A stretch of DNA of 64,000 nucleotides from an uncultured Nitrososphaeraceae archaeon (GTDB lineage: Archaea > Thermoproteota > Nitrososphaeria > Nitrososphaerales > Nitrososphaeraceae). Each line of letters opens with the position of its first letter. Within the stretch, counting starts at the first letter, position 1. The stretch lies in assembly GCA_963825865.1 (NCBI GenBank), contig CAWGVG010000048.1, positions 24,947 to 88,946 on the forward strand, in the 5' to 3' direction. A program made the translations under genes and the position numbers. This document shows, piece by piece, positions 57,243 to 64,000 of the stretch. Below the pieces are notes generated by a model. The model was not told where the DNA came from. It made no database searches and worked only from the letters and a program-made list of their open reading frames with translations.

Positions 57243-58340
57243 TAAGTCAAGTGTCATAACTAATGTCGTCATACCATCTTCCAAATCGTTTGTCCAAATA
57301 TTCTGATACTGCAGCTTTCTGGTCTTCCATATGTTCATAGAATCTATTCGCACATACATCTGACTTTATTTGCTGGTTTACTTTCCTTTCATTCGGATTT
57401 AGGTATGGTGCTTTCTTTGGAATGTGGATTATGGTCAGCCCAGTCTTCTTTCTCTGTGCATTGATATAATTCCGTACCATTAGGCTTACATGATATGAAG
57501 CGTTATCCCATATGAGTACCAGTCTTTTCCACCAATCATTTTTCATAATGTTTGTCTTGAGATTCTCTAGATGGTCGATAGTATTCGTAGAATCCATTTT
57601 ATCATAGAAATCATACGTCATTAATTTCTCTTCAGGCCATACCATGGATATGTATGCAGAGAACTTCTTTCTACTACCAGTATGTTCTATCCTTTGTTGC
57701 TCACCTTCAAAACTCATGGATTTTCGAATACAAGGTTTCTGTGTTATAATAGTCTCATCTTCAAATGCTACTATAACTCCCTTTTTTTCAGAGCTGAAGC
57801 TATCTGTTTGTAGTTTTGCACTTTCTCTTTTCCCTCTTCATAATCCTTTCCTCCATGTAGCAGTTCCAGTTTTGGCCTTTTGCACCTAACTCCTAAATCT
57901 TTTGTTATTCGCTCCATGTGCTTGAAACTGATTGGGATTCCTAGCTCATTTGTCAGACAGTTTGCAAGTGATCTCAGACTCCATGTATTTCTAAGATAAC
58001 CAAAGATGTGCGGGTCGTTAAATAATGCTGATAGAATAATCTCTCTGTTTTCATCTGTTATGCCAGATTTTGTTCCGCCAGGTTTCTTCATCTTTATTCT
58101 ATCTATCCCACTTTGGATATAGGCACAACCCATCTCTGTACAGACCTGCTGCTGACTCCGTGTTCATTTGCTATGTCTTCGTAAGTTCTACCTTCAGCTT
58201 TTTGGAGTATAGCCAGTAGCCTGCGGTATTCTTTTTTGTTACCCGTATTCTTCATAAATGACTTTAATTTGTTCCTCTGTCCTATGGTAAGTTTGAGTTT
58301 GAAAGGATGATTCACAGAATGAAAATATCTCATTTACTAA
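57243..58340 (-). mobile_element. IS630-family element; transposase in three ORFs (58103-58333, 57771-58133, 57247-57717)
   Basis: HTH (TYEDIA...VS.RSVQRW), WSLRSLA, A7G3 slippery site near 57780, FEDET, WDNASYH and LNPNE. Left end not resolved. Confidence 0.88.
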
Positions 58341-58349
58341 GCTTTAACT

Positions 58350-58718
58350 ATTTCCAAATCTAGGTTATGTAATGAACAAATAACGACATAAATTCAGACA
58401 CTTCACTTAACATAAAGGATAAACCAATTCCAAATTCATATCCACAGTTACAAGGAAAGATAGAAGCATATAACAAGATTGTAAAGAATGAGTTCTTGAC
58501 AGTTGAAGAAATAACAAGTATTGATGATGGAAAACTAAGGTATGATATGTTTGTCAAAGCATATAATGAAACTAGGGAACATGGTGGAATAAATGGTCTT
58601 ACTCCTTCTGAAAGGTTTGTACAAAGGTTAATTAAATCTAAGACATATACAAAAAGGAAGCAAGAAAGTGTAACCTATGTAGGTAATCAAAATTGTTACC
58701 CATCTGTGTAAGTCAACA
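58350..58718 (+). mobile_element. IS481-family 3' remnant
   Basis: YPQLQGKIEAYNK..KNEF and YN..REHGG..G.TP; terminal TGTAACC/TGTTACC repeats ending ...TCAACA. Confidence 0.72.
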
Positions 58719-58903
58719 GCTAATGAAAAGAAAGATGATAGAGGAAGAGATGTAGGTTTATTTACTTTGACATCTAAAACAATCAAAGCCTTCCTGTGAC
58801 CGATGAGTTCATAATTAGCAGGTATATACCAAATTAACACTTGTTATTTGTATAATTATTGCATTATAAACATTAAAGAATAAGGTAGAATGAATCCTTT
58901 ACA

Positions 58904-60341
58904 ATGTCTGAAGATAAAGTTCCTAAAGTACAAAGAGCATTGGTTCTTCAAGGTGGAGGTGCACTTGGAGCGTATGATGCAGGAGTGTTCCAGGCAATAT
59001 ATGAAAAAATCAACACTGGTAGCAACGACGGTAGAGCGTTATTTGATGTCGTTGCCGGTACCTCTAGTGGCGCGATGAATGCAGCGATATTAATTAGCAA
59101 TGCCGTCGAAAAAGGGTGGGACCATGCAGCAAACAAGTTAAATGAGTTTTGGGATCATGTCTCTACCACTCCATACATTCAGAATATTCCAGGTTTTGGT
59201 ATGTGGTGGAAGAACTTGCACAGTGCAGACCCTGATGCTGCTTCAGAAGAGGCTGCCAGAAGATATTATTCTACAAAGCAATTCTTGTTTACAGGAGTTC
59301 AAAATGTATTTTTTCCTCTGCTTCCAAAACCAGATACCAAATACTTTGATCCTCAAAATATATGGCCAATATATAGCAATCAGCCATTAAAAGATAGTTT
59401 GGAGAGATATGCAAAGTTCCCAATAGCAACAAGCTCTGATCAAAATCAACCTAGACTACTGTTAGTTAGTGTAGACGTCTTAGAAGGAGCTGTAGTAACC
59501 TTTGATAGCTATCCGAAACTTGATGGTATAAGAAAGTCTGAATATGGCGATTATATCAAATTAAAAGAAAATGGAATAAGGATGGTAAGTACAAGTGGCA
59601 GTACCAATTTGAAATACCACTATGAAGACGGTATTGTATCAGACCATGCTATAGCAAGTGGTTCAGTTCCAATAAACTATGATTATTCAAAGTTAATGGC
59701 AAATAAACTAACAATAGATAATCAAGGAAATAAGAAAATAGAAAATGTTGAGCGGTATTTCTGGGATGGCGGTATAGCAAGTAATACTCCATTAAGAGAA
59801 CTAATACAAGCACATAAGGATTATTGGTAAGATGTAAAAGGAAAGGGAAAAGATGATGCAATGATTCCAGATTTGGATGTATATATCGTTGATGTATGGC
59901 CTACAAAGCAAAATAATATACCAGTCGATCATGATGGTGTTGTTGACAGAAACTTTGAATTGCTTCTTAGCGACAAGACAGCGTATGATGAGAAAGTAGC
60001 AGACATTGTATCAGATTATATTAAACTTGTTTCTAGAATGAGAGAATTGCAATTGAAGCCATTGCAGGAATTGGAGATAAAATAAACAGAAGATTCAGAC
60101 ATAGACTTGAAAGTACTATCAAAAACAACAACAGAAAAGCAAGCATCGTAGTGGAGATCCTAGAGAATACCGAGATCTAATAAAAGGAAGATTTGAAATA
60201 AATGTAATTAGAATAGAAAGAACAAGTAATATCGATAATGATATTTCAAGTAAGTTGTTTGACTATTCTGCAGATACAATAAAGCAGTTAACTAGAGATG
60301 GATTTGAAGATGCGCAAAGGTACTTTAATGAAATAAGATAA
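58904..60341 (+). pseudogene. Patatin-like phospholipase with frameshifted C-terminus
   Basis: LQGGGALGAY, GTSSG and WDGG..SNTPL; the tail (DKT.YDE...KLFDYS..TIKQL...G) continues across several shifts. Confidence 0.88.
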
Positions 60342-60873
60342 TTATCTTCTTTTATCCTTTAAACGTATGGCTAGGAAGGTACTTTGGGATCTGTTATAGT
60401 ATGTTAGTAAAAATCCCTCTTTCTGCCCTTTAAGAATATACCATAGAAACATAGATATGATTAAGGGTAGTTTGGATCCTGCATGTAAAGGGTTCAATAG
60501 GACTATGTGAAGTATGAGGGGGATATTTTATCTGTAGAAGACTATTTCTGCAAGAACGGTTAATGAAATATGGTAAGGAACTGCCGACACCCTGATCAAT
60601 TCCAAATATTAGTTGAGGAAATAAACAGCCCTGAGTGTAAAAGAAATGGTCTTAGAACTGCTCTATCTGCTCTGCACAATCAAATATTTGCAGCAAGGGA
60701 TTCGCTGAAATTTTGTCAATCAGCTGTAGATGATAAAATACAAGATATAGCTGAGGCGTATAAAGAATTATCCCAGTTAGAATGTAGACTGAAATTCTAA
60801 CCCACTTTACAAATTTCATATAGTAATAGCGGATGATGTTAATTTAGATGAGCCCAATGATCTCCTTAGAAAA

Positions 60874-61257
60874 TTGGGATGTCCACCAAGATCGAGAGAA
60901 TTCGATACACATAAAGAACCAGGTCCGCGATCACGGCTTCCAACTCGCGCTGAAGTAGATGAACCCATTGCGACCAAAAAGGATTATGGAGATTTTAGTG
61001 ACGGATTAGAAGATATTCATAATCAGATCCACGGATGGGTAGGTGGACGTTGCGGAGACATGAATCATATTGCTTTTGAGCTTATGATCCTATCTTTTTG
61101 GTCACATCATGCCATGATAGATAGAATATGGCAAATGAGCCCGGGTCACTCCTTACCCTTGTACCTCTATGACGAAGTATTAGAATCCTTCAACCTAACT
61201 GTAAGGAAAGTGCTCAATATATATGAATTAGGTTATGATTATGCTGGCCAACAGTAA
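60874..61257 (+). pseudogene. Tyrosinase C-terminal (CuB) fragment
   Basis: E.IHNQIHGWVGG...M......YDPIFWSHHAMIDRIW (with a local frameshift); the CuA half is absent. Confidence 0.8.
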
Positions 61258-61333
61258 TGACTGGGATGTGATGACTAACAATGGCTAGGAAGAAATCTAA
61301 AGTAGATAAAAAAATAATGCTGGGACCAAAAAT

Positions 61334-62090
61334 TTATGTTTCCAAAGAAACTCGAAAATGAATTTTATAGACGTATTGTCCAGCAAGATCAATACGTAAG
61401 CTCATCACTTGTTGCAGGAGAAAAGAGTAGATAAAAAAGCCAACAGCTAATAATAATGGAAATACTGCTATAGTTTCGCTGAACACCAAAGGGATTTTTC
61501 CTAGCGGTGATTCAAACTGATCAAACCTGTTAGCAAGTTTCTGAATACCGCCGTTTATCTCATTGCCTATTCCTTCAATGTTACCTAGAAGCACTTGCAG
61601 ACTATTTTTTAATTGTTTAAGACGCAGAAGATCAGGACCAGGAGCAGCATAGACGATAGATTGCTTACTAATTGGTTGTATATTACTATTAACGTTGTTG
61701 AATATCGAACGTGTACTGTTTGAAATATTATGATAATTCCCAACTATCGTATTATAACTTGATATATCAACTGGTCTTTTCTACCTGTCCGTCGATGTTT
61801 TTCATTAACGTTTGATTAATTGTATTATCAATTTTGTTTTTGGATACATTTATCAATTTGTATTGGCTATTGAAAACGTCATCTAGTGGCGTCCTTGTAA
61901 TGTTTGTGATAGCATGTTCAACTGAGAGCAGTGTTTGGATATCTGTCTGAGACAATAGTTTTTCCAATTTCTGTATTATTAGTGTAGTGATAAGAATCTT
62001 TTTGCTCGCTTGGAATGTTCTCCAGAAACAACCCCTTAGCACAACAAGGCTTCAAATGTCACATTTTCTATGACTATTATTATTGTCGTT
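61334..62090 (-). pseudogene. Fragmented hypothetical membrane/coiled protein
   Basis: Several same-strand ORF pieces ending in ESPLGKIPL.F...AVFPLLLAVGF (transmembrane). Confidence 0.4.
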
Positions 62091-62150
62091 GAATATATAT
62101 AACTATTATTATTATTATATTCTGTAATAGAATAACTGGTTATTTTTGGG

Positions 62151-62495
62151 ATGAAAAGATTAGATATAATAATTCCTCACGAACGCGTCGGAGAGCTAAA
62201 TGAAGTTCTCCATAAGCACAATGTCGGTGGTATGACATTTTATGATATCAAAGGTAGAGGTCGTTCAAAAAATGAACCAATATACGTAGGCACAGGTGTA
62301 ATGAAATATGTCCCAGAGTTTGGGCTTGGAACAAAGGTTGAAGTCCTGGTTTCAGATTCACAAGCAAAGCAGATTATAGACGATATTCTAAATATTATAG
62401 GTACAGGCTCAGCTTATGATGGCAAAATATTTGTCTACGATGTTACAGAAGCTTACGACATAGGCACGAAGAAAAGTGGCGATAGTGCAATATAG
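62151..62495 (+). CDS. P-II nitrogen regulator (GlnK/GlnB-like) adjacent to amt
   Basis: MKRLDIII, VGGMT...KGRG, KVEVLV and GT....DGKIFV motifs. Confidence 0.92.
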   Translation: MKRLDIIIPHERVGELNEVLHKHNVGGMTFYDIKGRGRSKNEPIYVGTGVMKYVPEFGLGTKVEVLVSDSQAKQIIDDILNIIGTGSAYDGKIFVYDVTEAYDIGTKKSGDSAI

Positions 62496-62654
62496 GGTTC
62501 AATTAAGAGGATTGGAAAGAAATTATTTATTATTTGTAATGTAAATATTCGTTGGTTGAAAAATAGGTAGGTAGTCATGGTTCGAATTTGATGACAATGT
62601 TATTAAGATCTATAAAGTATGGTCTCCTGGACTTTTTTATTCTTTCTTTTGAAT

Positions 62655-63903
62655 CTAGATCTTGTCAAAATCGCCTTCATCACTATATGCACGTTCAGCA
62701 TGCTCTTCAATGTCAAGACCCCTTTCCTCTGTCTCACGAGAAACTCTAACTCCTATCAGAACGTCTAAGACTTTCATTATTATGAAAGTTCCTCCGAAAC
62801 CCAATGTTCCCGCGACACCAACTCCTATTGCTTGAATGAGAAGTTGATGAGCATTACCGAATAATAAACCATTTGGACCTGCGGGATTTATTAATGTGCT
62901 TGCAAATATCCCAATTGCAAGAGATCCGATAATTCCCGCAATGCCATGTACTGAACTTACATCAAGTGCATCATCTATCTTTAGCCTATCTTTCAAGAAG
63001 ATCACTCCCATATATGACGCAATACCGACCGCAAATCCAATCACAAAGGCATGCTCAACGCTTACGAATCCTGATACAGGAGTTATTCCTGCAAGGCCTG
63101 CTATGGCACCATTTATAGCAGCAATCACGCTTGGCTTATGAGTTCTCATCCAAGAAAGACCAACCCATACAAGAGCTGAGACCGCCGAAGCCATATGAGT
63201 GACAATCATAGTATTTCCGGCTACAGCACCAGAAGCTAATGCACTCCCAGCGTTAAAGCCAAACCAACCCAACCATAAAAGCGAAGCTCCCAGAACGGCA
63301 ATGGGTATGCTATGTGGAACCATTATCGATGGACCATAATTTAATCTTCTTCCCAAAACTAGGACTGCACCAAGCGCTCCCATTCCTGCACTTGTATGAA
63401 TTGTAATTCCACCTGCAAAGTCCTTAACTCCTAGTTTACCAAGCCAGCCTCCACCCCAAATCCAGTGAACTAGCGGATAGTATATCAGAAAGCTCCATGC
63501 AGCAATAAAAAGAACAAATGCACTAAATTTCATTCGTTCAGCTATCGCGCCGGTCAATAACAATGGGGTAATGACTGCAAACATCATTTCGAATTTTGCA
63601 TATAGAACTCCCGGGATGGTTGGTGCATAATTAAGTGAACTATCAAAAGGCACGCCTTTAAGAAATGTCCAGTCTAGATTGCCAACAAGGCCAGCGGTAT
63701 CAGGCCCAAATGTTAGACTGAAACCGAAGACAAACCACATCACACTCAAGAGTGCTACTCCGAGAAAGATCTGCATAAAAATGGAAACTGTATTCTTTTT
63801 TCGCAGTAACCCTGCTTCAAATAATCCTAAGGCCGGAATCATTAATAACACAAGGCTGGAAGCTACAAGCATCCAAGCAGTGTCTCCAGAGTTTATTGGC
63901 GCG
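62655..63903 (-). CDS. amt: Ammonium transporter (Amt family)
   Basis: SGDTAWML, FAVITP.L..GAIAER, DFAGG..IH, LW.GWFGFNAGS, GAIAGLAGITP, DDALDV..VHG; twin-His retained. Confidence 0.96.
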
Positions 63904-64000
63904 AGTTTTAAATATTTGTATTATAAATATAATTGTTCTTATAATAAATGCTAATATTGCTAAGGAAATTCGAGATGTTTTTAACGTAAGATAACATGTC

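Noticed and set aside
58709-58725. TAAGTCAA match to the IS630 end at 57243 as a TIR partner
   Set aside because: Direct rather than inverted orientation, and better explained as the IS481 terminus.

Overview
AT-rich archaeal DNA whose gene content (an Amt ammonium transporter, four P-II paralogues, a cupredoxin, a MEDS domain, solo receiver proteins, BNR-repeat and DUF2182 proteins, a crotonase) points to a soil ammonia-oxidising Nitrososphaeraceae genome; this is an inference. The window is an accessory, heavily decayed mosaic. Intact genes (MFS and SSS transporters, SDR, methyltransferase, histidine kinase, Amt/P-II) are mixed with more than 20 truncated, internally deleted or frameshifted genes. 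There are three IS5-family elements with visible terminal inverted repeats, IS630/IS481/IS1595 pieces and four tyrosine-integrase fragments. The main unexplained signals are: (i) an intact terminase large subunit gene with no capsid or portal gene, preceded by a perfect 20-bp direct repeat and followed by a small basic ORF and a possible small-subunit gene; (ii) an orphan two-spacer CRISPR mini-array with no cas genes; (iii) an integrase split into circularly permuted halves around cargo genes; (iv) a 37-bp direct repeat bracketing a BNR-protein gene like a cassette; (v) a dispersed AATTTGTTTACAGCGTGTGAC motif in three copies; (vi) helically phased short-repeat arrays, one directly upstream of a multicopy HTH/coiled-coil gene family. 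Together these may be parts of a capsid-less mobile-element family, but this is a hypothesis. No database searches were run; family calls come from motif recognition. Some homopolymer frameshifts may be sequencing errors.
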